Positions 19,765 to 29,219 of a DNA stretch of 64,000 nucleotides are shown in pieces. This DNA comes from an uncultured Gemmatimonadales bacterium. GTDB lineage: Bacteria > Gemmatimonadota > Gemmatimonadetes > Gemmatimonadales > Gemmatimonadaceae. How positions within the stretch are numbered: position 1 is the stretch's first letter; the number at the start of each line of letters is the position of its first letter. Position numbers and translations under genes: made by a program. The stretch lies in contig CAWBZV010000003.1 of assembly GCA_963793305.1 (NCBI GenBank), positions 1,088,001 through 1,152,000 of the forward strand, in the 5' to 3' direction. Below the pieces are notes generated by a model that saw only the letters and a program-made list of their open reading frames with translations, ran no database searches and was not told the origin of the DNA.

Positions 19765-20184
19765 TCAGTCTCCTTCTGGGAGAAATCGGCAGAGGGTTGC
19801 GTTCGTCAAGCTGGCGATGATGAGTAGGAAGCACAGGCGCGCGTAAAAGACGGAGTTCGTCGGTGGCTGGACGTAACGGAGCGCATAGAACGTGGACCCG
19901 CACAGGATGACCCACGCTGACAATGCGGCGGAGGCGAGTTTTACATCGCGCCACTTCTGGCCGCTCCCCACCACTCGCGATAGCGACTCCGCCGCAAGGC
20001 TGATGACAATCGTGAGCACTCCGCCATCGGTTGCCAGTTCTGGAATCGTGGAACCATACCCGGCGGCCATGCGCATCAGATACAGGGCCGCGATTGGGGA
20101 GAACGAGAATAGGACCGTGAAGCAAATGAAGCTCGTCAACTCCGTGTGCCAACGCTGATGTCCTTCTCCTCTGGTTTCAGCCAT
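19765..20184 (-). CDS. Hypothetical 4-TM membrane protein
   Basis: Four hydrophobic segments; GAGGAG upstream of ATG 20184. Confidence 0.6.
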   Translation of the reverse strand: MAETRGEGHQRWHTELTSFICFTVLFSFSPIAALYLMRMAAGYGSTIPELATDGGVLTIVISLAAESLSRVVGSGQKWRDVKLASAALSAWVILCGSTFYALRYVQPPTNSVFYARLCFLLIIASLTNATLCRFLPEGD

Positions 20185-20372
20185 GCAGTGATCTCCTCGA
20201 TCGACGGGAGATGGCTGAATCGCACGCGCAAGCGTCGTCGAGCAGAATCTCCCAGTGTATATGTTGACAGTGTCAACGGCGGGACAGTCGCCGACGTGCT
20301 GGACGCGCAATGTCTACGAAGGTTAAGCGCGAGTCAACGTGGAATAATCATCGGTTTCACTCGCGGCTAAGC

Positions 20373-20401
20373 TTGACACGCGATTAACCGAGAGGTTAAA
20401 T
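20373..20401 (+). promoter_or_regulatory. Promoter with palindromic operator
   Basis: TTGACA at 20373; dyad TTAACC-GAGA-GGTTAA (20384-20399). Confidence 0.6.
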
Positions 20402-20408
20402 ACAAACC

Positions 20409-21167
20409 ATGGCCAAGCATCCCATCGTCTCGCGCGAAGAATGGATCGTCGCGCGCAAGCTGCTGCTCGCGAGGGAAAAAGAGATCACCCGCCAGATCGA
20501 CGACATCAGTCGGCAACGCCGCGAGCTGCCGTGGGTCAAGATCGAGAAGACTTACGTGTTCGAGACCCCCAACGGCGCCAAAGAAACGCTCGCCGATCTC
20601 TTCGACGGCCGAAGCCAGTTGATCGTGCAACACTTTATGTTCGGCCCAGATTGGGCCGAGGGCTGCACGGGATGCTCGTTCAAGTCTGATCACATCGATG
20701 GCGCGCGCACGCACCTCGAGCACCACGATGTGTCGTTCGTCTCGGTGTCCCGCGCACCGATCGAGAAAATCGAGGCATACCGGAAGCGCATGGGTTGGAC
20801 GTTCAAGTGGGTATCGTCCTACAATAGCGACTTCAACTACGACTACGGCGTCTCGTTCCGGAAAGGCGAGCCGGCGATGTACAACTACGTCACGCACCCG
20901 GAGGCCCCCGCCGGGATGGATGAAGCGTCGGGCGACAGCGTGTTCTACATGGACGAAGCCGGCGACATTTACCATACGTACTCGACATTCGGTCGCGGCG
21001 ATGAAAAGTTGGTCGGCGCCTACAATTATCTCGACCTGACGCCAAAGGGCCGGAACGAGACAGTGCGCGGCAACCTCATGGACTGGGTCAAGCGCCATGA
21101 CCAGTACGATGACTCGCCCGTTCGCATCGGAATTCCCGCCGCTCGCAACAAGACACGTCCCGCCTGA
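20409..21167 (+). CDS. DUF899 thioredoxin-family protein
   Basis: VSREEW..AR..LL.REKE; RRELPWV; LFDGRSQLIV.HFMF; GCTGCS; LDLTPKGRNE. Confidence 0.93.
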   Translation: MAKHPIVSREEWIVARKLLLAREKEITRQIDDISRQRRELPWVKIEKTYVFETPNGAKETLADLFDGRSQLIVQHFMFGPDWAEGCTGCSFKSDHIDGARTHLEHHDVSFVSVSRAPIEKIEAYRKRMGWTFKWVSSYNSDFNYDYGVSFRKGEPAMYNYVTHPEAPAGMDEASGDSVFYMDEAGDIYHTYSTFGRGDEKLVGAYNYLDLTPKGRNETVRGNLMDWVKRHDQYDDSPVRIGIPAARNKTRPA

Positions 21168-21193
21168 GAGCACTGGGGCCGCATCATGGCCCC

Positions 21194-22543
21194 ATGCTCT
21201 GTCTGCTGCTCCAACTCGCGCTCGTCGATTCGGCCCGCCACGCGATGGGCCCCGAGGCGACCCATGCCGTTCGCATTGTCGGCATCCAACACACGTTCAT
21301 GCTCGGCAACGCCGAGCGCGCGGACGGTCCCTGGCGAACCATCTACGCGCGATTCGCGGCGCTGTACGATGCGACCAACGGCCATCTGCGACTCACGAGT
21401 CAGCCACTCAGCGCCGGATTTGGAGGACAGTCGGTCGCGATCCTGAGCGATTCGGTGATGGCCGGCGGCTCCGCGACGTCATACGAAGATTGGCTCGACC
21501 GGATCAACGCCTCTCCCGAGCGCGCGCTCGCGCTGGCGGCCGCCTCGTCGAGCCTGCATCTGGCCGGCGTTGCCCATCGCTACGGGCTGACGTTCGACAT
21601 CGTCGAATTCCCGTGGCGCAACGGACATATGCGCATTGAGCTGGAGCGTGAGACGCACCTGCCCGACGTCGTCGAGATCGTGCGCATGTACCCGAAAGAT
21701 TTTCGGCGCGCGCCGTTCGGGGAAAGCACGGTGCGGTTCGAGTACGTCGATTGGCAGATCCACCCCGGCGGCTGGTGGTGGCCGATGCAGCACAAGGTCA
21801 GCCTCAACGGCGAGCCGCTACGCGACGTCACGATCGACTCGGTGACGGCGAGCGACCAGCCCCCACCCGCGGACTCGTTCGCCATCTCCGACTCGGCCCG
21901 CGCCCAATTCGCGGCCAGCCGAGCGCGCGCGCCGGACGTCATTCGCGTCGGATCGATCGCGCCGCCCGCCGAGCTCGCGCCCGGCATCCTGCGCATTCCC
22001 GAGCTCTGGGCGATGACCGTAGTCAGGCAAGATGATGGTCTCGTCATCTTCGAGGCGCACCAGAGCGCGCAGTTTCTGCACGATGTTATCGACACCGCGC
22101 GCCGACGCTATCCCGGCATTCCGGTCAAGGCGCTCATCATGACATCAGACCCATGGGCGCACCTGGGCGGCGTACGCGAGGCTATGGCGCTCGGCATACC
22201 CATCTACGTCAACGCTCGCAGCATCCCGTTTCTGACGAAAATGGGGAAGGCGCCCAAGTTCGTTCCGATCGCCGGCAGGGTCACGATTGGCGCTGGAACG
22301 AATCGCCTGGAGCTCTATCCGGTCGGCGGCCCGTATGGCGAGCGCATGACGATGGTGTATTTCCCCGAGCGCCGATTGCTGTACGGGGCCGACCTCGTGT
22401 TCCCGAATGACCCGGGACCGGGATACGATCCGACGCCGGCGACCGATCTGCGACGCGCCGTCGAGCGAGCGCATCTCGCCGTCGACTCGGTGTTCTGTGT
22501 GCAGCGCTACGGTCCGTTCGCGTGGAGCGACTTCGTCCGCTAA
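21194..22543 (+). CDS. Secreted MBL-fold-like protein, paralog of 387..1817
   Basis: ELAPGI...VVRQDDGLVIFEA...TSDPWAHLGGVRE...MVYFPERRLLY. Confidence 0.7.
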   Translation: MLCLLLQLALVDSARHAMGPEATHAVRIVGIQHTFMLGNAERADGPWRTIYARFAALYDATNGHLRLTSQPLSAGFGGQSVAILSDSVMAGGSATSYEDWLDRINASPERALALAAASSSLHLAGVAHRYGLTFDIVEFPWRNGHMRIELERETHLPDVVEIVRMYPKDFRRAPFGESTVRFEYVDWQIHPGGWWWPMQHKVSLNGEPLRDVTIDSVTASDQPPPADSFAISDSARAQFAASRARAPDVIRVGSIAPPAELAPGILRIPELWAMTVVRQDDGLVIFEAHQSAQFLHDVIDTARRRYPGIPVKALIMTSDPWAHLGGVREAMALGIPIYVNARSIPFLTKMGKAPKFVPIAGRVTIGAGTNRLELYPVGGPYGERMTMVYFPERRLLYGADLVFPNDPGPGYDPTPATDLRRAVERAHLAVDSVFCVQRYGPFAWSDFVR

Positions 22544-23748
22544 GCCGCGACCTCGCGGTACCGCGCGAACAGGCGATCGAACGTCACCGCCCACTCATGC
22601 TCACGCTCGGCGTATTCGCGTCCGCGGAAGCCGAGCATGGGGAGATCGTCGCGCTCAATAAGCTCGATCGCGGCCGTAGCCAGAGATCCAGACTCGCCGG
22701 CGGCGAATGTCGCCCCGGCCCCGGAACGCGCCAGTTGTTCAGCCACACCACCACGATCAGCCGCAAGCACGGGAGTCCCACTCGCCAACGACTCGAGCGC
22801 ACAGAGCCCGAACGTTTCGGCGGAACCCGGCGAGACGATGACGTTGACGGCGGCCAGGAGGTTGGCGAGCGCGTCACGATCGCCCTGATAGGGCAGGCGA
22901 TAGACGCGGTCAGAGCGGCGCGCGAGCGCGTCGACTTGCTGGCGTTGATGTCCGTCGCCAACCAGGACGAGCCCCGCGTCGGTGCGCCTCTCGATCTCCG
23001 GCCACGCTTCGAGCAGCACGTCGATCTCTTTCTCGCGAGCGAACCGGCCGACGAACGCGAATAAGCGGCGGTCGGTCGGCAGCCCCAGCGCCTCGCGCGT
23101 TTCGCACGCGTCCTCGTGCCGTCGCGGATGAAAATGCGCGAGATCGACGCCGAGTGGGACAACTGCCACGCGCTCGACGCCGTGGGCGGCCAGATCGGCG
23201 GCGGCGAACTCGGAAGCGCAGATCGTCAGATCGCACTGCCCGTAGACCGCGCGTATGTACTTCCAGGTCGTCTCGTAGATCCCGCGGGTGATCGCGCTCG
23301 CCCGTTCGGGGAACGGGCAGACGGTGCGGGCCAGATTGCCGTGGAAGAACCCGACGAGCGGGATGCCCGACGCCTTCGCGGCGCGCTTGACGATCCACGG
23401 TACCGCGAAGCAGCTCCCGACCTCGATGACCGACGGCCGCTCCGACTCGATGATCCGCCGGATCGACCGGGTCGCCAGCATAAAACGATAGGGCTTCTGA
23501 GTCGGAATGTGCGGACCGCGCAGGCGATAGCACCGCATGCCCGGCTGTTCCGAGAGCGCATCTTCCTGACCAGGCACGACCAACACCTGCGCGTAATCGG
23601 GCCGGTTGGCCACGTACGCGGCTTTCTCGTTTAGATAAGTGCGGACGCCGCCGCTCGTCTCACCAAACCACTCGGTGATATCGAGGACGCGAACTGAGGC
23701 CGACTCCCGAAGCGGGGCCGGCCATGTGTACCCCTTACCGAAGTTCAT
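22540..23748 (-). CDS. GT4-family glycosyltransferase
   Basis: SGGVRTY, GVDL..FHP, FVGRF..EK, ETFGLCALESLASGTPV. Confidence 0.9.
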   Translation of the reverse strand: MNFGKGYTWPAPLRESASVRVLDITEWFGETSGGVRTYLNEKAAYVANRPDYAQVLVVPGQEDALSEQPGMRCYRLRGPHIPTQKPYRFMLATRSIRRIIESERPSVIEVGSCFAVPWIVKRAAKASGIPLVGFFHGNLARTVCPFPERASAITRGIYETTWKYIRAVYGQCDLTICASEFAAADLAAHGVERVAVVPLGVDLAHFHPRRHEDACETREALGLPTDRRLFAFVGRFAREKEIDVLLEAWPEIERRTDAGLVLVGDGHQRQQVDALARRSDRVYRLPYQGDRDALANLLAAVNVIVSPGSAETFGLCALESLASGTPVLAADRGGVAEQLARSGAGATFAAGESGSLATAAIELIERDDLPMLGFRGREYAEREHEWAVTFDRLFARYREVAA

Positions 23749-24452
23749 CGCCGGGTGAGCGTACCCATAATGAGATCCCAGAGCGGCGAGCTGACGCCGA
23801 AGTCCCGGTCGGGATCGAGGAAGTGGTGGCGCTGGTGTCGCCATTTCGTGTACCGACCAAACGCGGTGGGCAACGTCTTGTGGTGCACGGCGTAGTGCAC
23901 CGTATCGTACACGAGATACCCGGAGACGAACCCCGCGAACAACGCGGGCGAAAGCGCCGGTCCCGCCACCAAGCGAAAGAGAACGTAGAACAGAACGGCC
24001 AATGGGATACTCGCGCCGGGAGGCATGACAAGCCGCGAGGAATCATTGGGATACTCGTGATGAACTCCGTGCATTATGAAGTACACGACATGGTGCCACG
24101 TGGGTAACGCCGGCAGCACCGGCTCCCCCGGTTTGAGCCCGGCGACGATATCGTGAGTCCCGTGCATCACCTCGTCCGGTGCATGGAAGAGGTGTCGGTG
24201 CAGGAAGTACTCGACCAACGTCCACAGGGCCAACCCACCCGCCCAGAGCCCCGCGGTCGCCAGGATCGGCGTGGGGGCAAACCAGAGCAGGGCCACAATG
24301 ACTGGCACGTAGAGCACGTGCGGCACGATCGGATGGACGTGAGACAGGCGCTCCAGCCAGTCGCTGCGAAACATACGTACACTTTCGTCCCGGTTCGACA
24401 CGTAGTGGTCGCTGGGACGGTTCGCCGGGGCCGGCTGTGTCGCGCTTGTCAT
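23745..24452 (-). CDS. Fatty acid hydroxylase (FA2H/Scs7-like) / sterol desaturase family
   Basis: His boxes EYFLHRHLFH, HGVHH, HYAVHH, HQRHH; RLVMPP; FGVSSPLWD. Confidence 0.9.
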   Translation of the reverse strand: MTSATQPAPANRPSDHYVSNRDESVRMFRSDWLERLSHVHPIVPHVLYVPVIVALLWFAPTPILATAGLWAGGLALWTLVEYFLHRHLFHAPDEVMHGTHDIVAGLKPGEPVLPALPTWHHVVYFIMHGVHHEYPNDSSRLVMPPGASIPLAVLFYVLFRLVAGPALSPALFAGFVSGYLVYDTVHYAVHHKTLPTAFGRYTKWRHQRHHFLDPDRDFGVSSPLWDLIMGTLTRR

Positions 24453-24776
24453 AGTAGTAAAAGTGCACCCTCGGGCCCTGAGGGCAAGAGGGATGGGCCG
24501 GTCAAAGCGCCCGAATCACGGGTAAAAGTGGCGCAGGCGCAGCGGTTGTGACGGAGGGTTGCATCTACGGATGACCCGTAGACTCGGGTGCGTTGCACCC
24601 TATTCCTGGCACCCGATGTGCACACGAGCCCGCATTAATGAACGGGCTCGTGCTCCTCGTAATGCTCTCGATCACGCCGACGCGCGGGGTCGCCTTACCT
24701 CTTCGGCTCGCGGCCGATACGAGTATCTACATCGAGAACGTGCTATGGCCGCACGCGGTACGAGACGCGCAGCCGG

Positions 24777-25127
24777 TCAACGAGCCGAAATCCGCACCTC
24801 GATCGGTGAAAGCTCGAAAATCGCGAGGTGCCCGGCGTCCTTGACGCCGGCCGGCATCGCCTCGACCCCTTCCATGTGGCGAGGGGCGAACCCAATGCAA
24901 CGGGTCAGAATAGAGTAGTGGTGCCCGACGACCAGGCCGTTCACCGTGAAACGGCCGTCGTCCGCGGTCAGACCGGCTGCCACCTGCCCCGTCTCGTTAT
25001 CAGTCACATCAACGTGGGCGGCAGGAATAGGGACGTTACGGTTGTCGGTCACCCACCCGACAATAGCGCCATCTGAGCGCGGATGGCTCGCGAGTGCGAT
25101 GAAAATCATCGCCAGTAGCGTTTTCAT
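24777..25127 (-). CDS. Small secreted carboxypeptidase-regulatory-like domain protein
   Basis: Signal peptide; IVGWVTD...PIPAA.V...T.DDGRF...GF.P. Confidence 0.7.
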   Translation of the reverse strand: MKTLLAMIFIALASHPRSDGAIVGWVTDNRNVPIPAAHVDVTDNETGQVAAGLTADDGRFTVNGLVVGHHYSILTRCIGFAPRHMEGVEAMPAGVKDAGHLAIFELSPIEVRISAR

Positions 25128-25296
25128 GCAAACTCCAGAGTGATGCGCTGTTGTCGCGACTGACTGCCGCGCCTCACACGCGCCGAAAGAAGGAAGTCCT
25201 GCTTACCCTACGACGAAAGAACCCTTCGGTTACGCTCGTTGATGGGATATCCCTGCCACGAGACTGTAACGCCGTGAAGGGCTATTTTATCCGTCT

Positions 25297-25515
25297 ATGA
25301 AACGACGTGATGCGTTGATCACCTTGGCCGCGCTCGCCGCATGCTCGCCGGGGCCCGAGAATGACCTGCAGGTCGTCGTCCGTGAGCTCGGCGGATTCGA
25401 GCTCAAGCCTGGCGAGGGTCCGGCTGTGCTGGCCTCGCTCAAGGGCAGCCGCTACACCGCCGACATCGACCCCACTATCCAGCCGCAGTCCGACTTCGAT
25501 CCCGACGTCGCCTGA
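25297..25515 (+). CDS. Small lipoprotein-like protein, possible amidase partner
   Basis: MKRRDALITLAALAAC; stop codon overlaps the amidase start. Confidence 0.55.
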   Translation: MKRRDALITLAALAACSPGPENDLQVVVRELGGFELKPGEGPAVLASLKGSRYTADIDPTIQPQSDFDPDVA

Positions 25516-26990
25516 TGCGCGTCGACCCCACGTGGATGTCGATCGGCGACCTCGCGCGCGAGCTGCAGCGTGGCCAGGTCTCCTGTGTCGAGATCGTTCA
25601 AGCCACGCTCGACCGCACGAAACGGCTCGACAAGACGCTCAACACGTACATAACACTCACGGCTGACGCGGCCCTCGCCGAAGCCAAGATCGTCGATGGC
25701 GAGATCGCAAAGGGCCGCTATCGGGGTCCGCTCCACGGCATTCCGGTCGCCATCAAAGATCACATCGACACGGCCGGTGTCCGAACGACCGCGGGCGCGA
25801 AGTCGCGGATCACGAATGTCCCGACGACCGACGCCGCCGTCGTGCGGCGCGTCAAGCAAGCCGGCGCGGTCATCATCGGCAAGGCGAACATGAACAAGTT
25901 CGCCGATGGCGAGTCCGGTGATAATCCGGACTTCGGCCGCATTCGGAATCCCTGGAACACACAATACTCGCCGGGCGGGTCGAGCTCCGGCGGCGGCGCC
26001 CAAGTCGCCGCGGGGCTGGTGCCGTTGTCGATCGGATCGGACAACGGCGGGTCCGTGCGCATCCCGGCCGCGCTCTGCGGCGTGGTCGGCCTCAAGCCCA
26101 CGCACGGCCGCATCAGTCTCGAAGGCATCTTCCCGCGGCTCTATTCTCTCGACCATCCCGGGCCGCTGACGCGCAGCGTCGCCGACTGCGCGATCGCGCT
26201 GCAGATACTCGCCGGGCACGATACGCAAGACACGACCACCGGGCGCCGCCCCGTTCCCGATTACTCAGCCGATTTGCGCCTGGGTTTGCAGCAACTGTCG
26301 ATCGGTGTCGATCGGAAGTACGCCACCGTCGGCGAGTCGCACGTGTTGTCCGCGTTCGATGCGGCCATCGACGTGTTACGCCGACTCGGCGCGACGATCG
26401 TCGACGTCACGATTCCCTCGTACGCCGAGATGCTCGCGGTCGGCAACACGATAGCCGCCTGCGAATACTCGGTTGCCGCGGCGCATCTCTTCCGCGAGCA
26501 TCCGTCGGATTTCGATCTGGCGAAGCCGCCGGCCGCGAGCGGCGCTGATATCAAAGCCGGCGCACTGATTCCCGCTGTCGACTACATCCGCGCCACGCAG
26601 AAACGTCGTCTGCTCCAGCAGGACTACGCCCGGTCGACGCGAAGCGTCGCTGTCTTCATCTCGCCAACGTATCCGCTCGCCCCGCGGCCATTCGGCGAGT
26701 ACCCAAAGCCGTACACGGCGGACGACGCGATTCGATATACGTTCCCGTTCGACTTGTTAGGCCTCCCGGCGATCTCGGTACCGTGCGGTTTCTCCCCCGG
26801 CGGCATGCCGATCGGGATGCAATTCGTCGGTCGCCCCTTCGATGAAGCGGCCGTGCTGCGCGCCGCCTACGCCTATGAGCAAGCGACCGAGTGGCATACG
26901 CATCATCCGTCGCTTGCGCCTGCGCCATCGGTGGCGGGCGGCGGCGTCAGCGCCTCGAACGGAGACCCGTCGATATCCCACTCGGGATAA
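25515..26990 (+). CDS. Amidase signature family protein
   Basis: GPLHGIPVAIKD, PGGSSSG, GSDNGGSVRIPA. Confidence 0.95.
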   Translation: MRVDPTWMSIGDLARELQRGQVSCVEIVQATLDRTKRLDKTLNTYITLTADAALAEAKIVDGEIAKGRYRGPLHGIPVAIKDHIDTAGVRTTAGAKSRITNVPTTDAAVVRRVKQAGAVIIGKANMNKFADGESGDNPDFGRIRNPWNTQYSPGGSSSGGGAQVAAGLVPLSIGSDNGGSVRIPAALCGVVGLKPTHGRISLEGIFPRLYSLDHPGPLTRSVADCAIALQILAGHDTQDTTTGRRPVPDYSADLRLGLQQLSIGVDRKYATVGESHVLSAFDAAIDVLRRLGATIVDVTIPSYAEMLAVGNTIAACEYSVAAAHLFREHPSDFDLAKPPAASGADIKAGALIPAVDYIRATQKRRLLQQDYARSTRSVAVFISPTYPLAPRPFGEYPKPYTADDAIRYTFPFDLLGLPAISVPCGFSPGGMPIGMQFVGRPFDEAAVLRAAYAYEQATEWHTHHPSLAPAPSVAGGGVSASNGDPSISHSG

Positions 26991-28540
26991 TCGAGCAGCA
27001 TCAGCTGCAGGTCGAAGAACCGCTCGACATGTCGCACCACGGCGTCGTCGATGTCGCCGTGATCGCGCTGCTTGTCGAGCGCCTTGCGCGCCTCGTGGAC
27101 CAGGACCCGCGCGATCTGGTGCTCGTTCCGCAGTCCCGCGCCGAAGATGGAGCGCCCGCCTTTCGTCCAGTACTGCCGCTTGCGCGAATAGAGGTCGCGG
27201 AGCCGCGCGACGGCTTCGACGGCCTCGGGCCCGCGCGCGGCCGGTGACTGCGCGAAGCGGTCGAGGCGTGCGAGCGCGGCGTCGCTCGCCGCGATCCAGG
27301 CTTTGGCCTCTTCCTGATCGTCGCGCGACTGGCCCCGGCCGCCGAGTTTGAGCAGTCGCACGGCGGGCCCGAACGTGAATCCTTGGACGACGAGCGTCGC
27401 GACGATCACGCCGAACGTGATCACGACGATGAGCGGCCGCCCTGGGATCGCCAGTGGCAGCGCGAGCGCGATGACGAGGGAATCCGCGCCGCGCACGCCG
27501 GCCCAGCCGATGAACAGCACTTCGGGCCAGACGTTGTACTGCCGGCGGTCATTACGCCGGGTATAGGATGCGCTCGGAAAGGCCCACACGAGTCGGGTCA
27601 CGATGCAGACGAGCGTGACGACGCCGATATCGAGCAATACGCTCGTCGCCGTGTAGTTGCCCAGGCCCCGAATCACGACCGGGAGCTCGAGACCGACGAA
27701 GATGAAGATCAGGCTCTCGAGCACGAACGTGAGCACGGACCACATCGACTCGTGTTGAATGCGCGTGGCGGCGGTGAAGGATTGCGGGCCGACGCGCGCC
27801 AAGTAAATGCCGGCCGCGACGACCGCGAGCACGGCCGACGCGCCGAGACGGTCGGCCGGAATCCAGACCGCGAACGGGATGACCAACGACAGCGTGTTCT
27901 CGACCACGGGGATTCGCGTCGTGTGGCGGATGAGCCAGAGCACCACCCAGGCGATCGCGAGGCCAATCGCAATGCCGCCGATGCCCGCGAGCACAATGCG
28001 GATCACGGTCATGCCGAGTGAGAACGTGCCGCTGATCGCGGCGGCGACCGCCGCGCGATAGAGGATGAGGGAGGTGGCATCGTTCGCCAGCCCTTCGCCC
28101 TCGAGAATCGTGTCGACCGTGCGCGAGACGCCGAGCGGGCGGAGCACGGCGGTGGCGGCGATCGGGTCCGGCGGCGCGACGATGGCGCCCAGCGCGAACG
28201 CGGACGCCCAGGTCAAATCCGGAATGATCGCGTGTGCGGCGAGCGCGACCGTGATCGTGGTGACGACGACGAGTCCGACGCCGAGACTCAAGATCGGCCC
28301 GCGGCGCGCGCGAATCTCGCGCCACGACGCGGACTGGGCCGTGTTGTAGAGCAACGGCGGCACGAAGATCAGGAATATCAGGTCTGGCGAGGCCTCGACG
28401 TGCGGCACCCATGGAAGCGCCGCCAGGATCCCGCCGCCAATGACAAGGAGCACCGGCAGCGGTATGCGGAGCCTCCCCGCGATGAGCTGAAGCGCGGCGG
28501 AGACCGCGAGGAGAATGAGGGCCAGCTCGAGCGCTAACAC
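26903..28540 (-). CDS. CPA1 Na+/H+ antiporter
   Basis: FVPPLLY, GAIVAPPDPIA, LEGEGLANDA, GWAGVRG; multiple TM helices. Confidence 0.92.
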   Translation of the reverse strand: MLALELALILLAVSAALQLIAGRLRIPLPVLLVIGGGILAALPWVPHVEASPDLIFLIFVPPLLYNTAQSASWREIRARRGPILSLGVGLVVVTTITVALAAHAIIPDLTWASAFALGAIVAPPDPIAATAVLRPLGVSRTVDTILEGEGLANDATSLILYRAAVAAAISGTFSLGMTVIRIVLAGIGGIAIGLAIAWVVLWLIRHTTRIPVVENTLSLVIPFAVWIPADRLGASAVLAVVAAGIYLARVGPQSFTAATRIQHESMWSVLTFVLESLIFIFVGLELPVVIRGLGNYTATSVLLDIGVVTLVCIVTRLVWAFPSASYTRRNDRRQYNVWPEVLFIGWAGVRGADSLVIALALPLAIPGRPLIVVITFGVIVATLVVQGFTFGPAVRLLKLGGRGQSRDDQEEAKAWIAASDAALARLDRFAQSPAARGPEAVEAVARLRDLYSRKRQYWTKGGRSIFGAGLRNEHQIARVLVHEARKALDKQRDHGDIDDAVVRHVERFFDLQLMLLDYPEWDIDGSPFEALTPPPATDGAGASDG

Positions 28541-28544
28541 TGAG

Positions 28545-29099
28545 TTATTGGCTTGTCGTTATTGGTATTGAAATAACCGTCGTGCCCCAGTGGAGCGCCA
28601 AGATGGCATGATCAGATTCAGCAACCGGGAGCTCGAACGCCAGCGTTTCTTCAAATGGTCCAGTCGTTGGCGCTATGGTCACGCGCAGTGCGTCATGGCC
28701 TGCCGGATATGGTATGTGAAAGACGTGCGCCTTGTGGCTCAAAATGACAGTCCAATTATCCGCTCGGGGTATCGCCCACACGCTGTAGGTACCAGCCGCG
28801 AGCGATTGCCCCGCGAAAGTGATTCGTCGACTCGTCGCGAACGTCGTCGCCTCGTCGGCACCTGGGCACCACTCTGCTCCATAGGGCACGATTCCGCCGA
28901 ATAAGACACGGCCGCGCGCGGATGGCCGATTGTAGCGCACCGCGATCGTCGTCGATCCGAGATGCTGGACGATGTATGCAGGCTGACTCTTCCGTGGCTC
29001 GCGATGACATGCGCTGGCAACGAGCGCGACCGCGCCGAGCATGAAGAAGCTCATCACTGAGTAATTCGCCCTGACGACGTCCTGACATCGTTCTGACAT
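28545..29099 (-). CDS. DUF2911 family protein
   Basis: YNRPSARGRVLFGGIVPYG..W..GADEAT; start uncertain. Confidence 0.82.
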   Translation of the reverse strand: MSERCQDVVRANYSVMSFFMLGAVALVASACHREPRKSQPAYIVQHLGSTTIAVRYNRPSARGRVLFGGIVPYGAEWCPGADEATTFATSRRITFAGQSLAAGTYSVWAIPRADNWTVILSHKAHVFHIPYPAGHDALRVTIAPTTGPFEETLAFELPVAESDHAILALHWGTTVISIPITTSQ

Positions 29100-29219
29100 T
29101 ATGAGAGAAGTGTGAATGGTCTGTTAGGGGAGCATGAAATTGGCTCTTGCATCTGTGAAGAACATTTGCCCACTATTGGCCGGTTATGACCGTTCATTTC
29201 CATCTCCAGGGGGTAGTGC

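Noticed and set aside
24638..24844. Small ORF MNGLVLLVMLSITP...
   Set aside because: Signal-like start but no recognisable family, and it overlaps a convergent gene; unsupported
25128..25296. Intergenic region checked for a riboswitch
   Set aside because: No known aptamer consensus or convincing stem set found
25515..26990. Calling the amidase gatA
   Set aside because: No gatB nearby and no GatA-specific motifs; generic amidase
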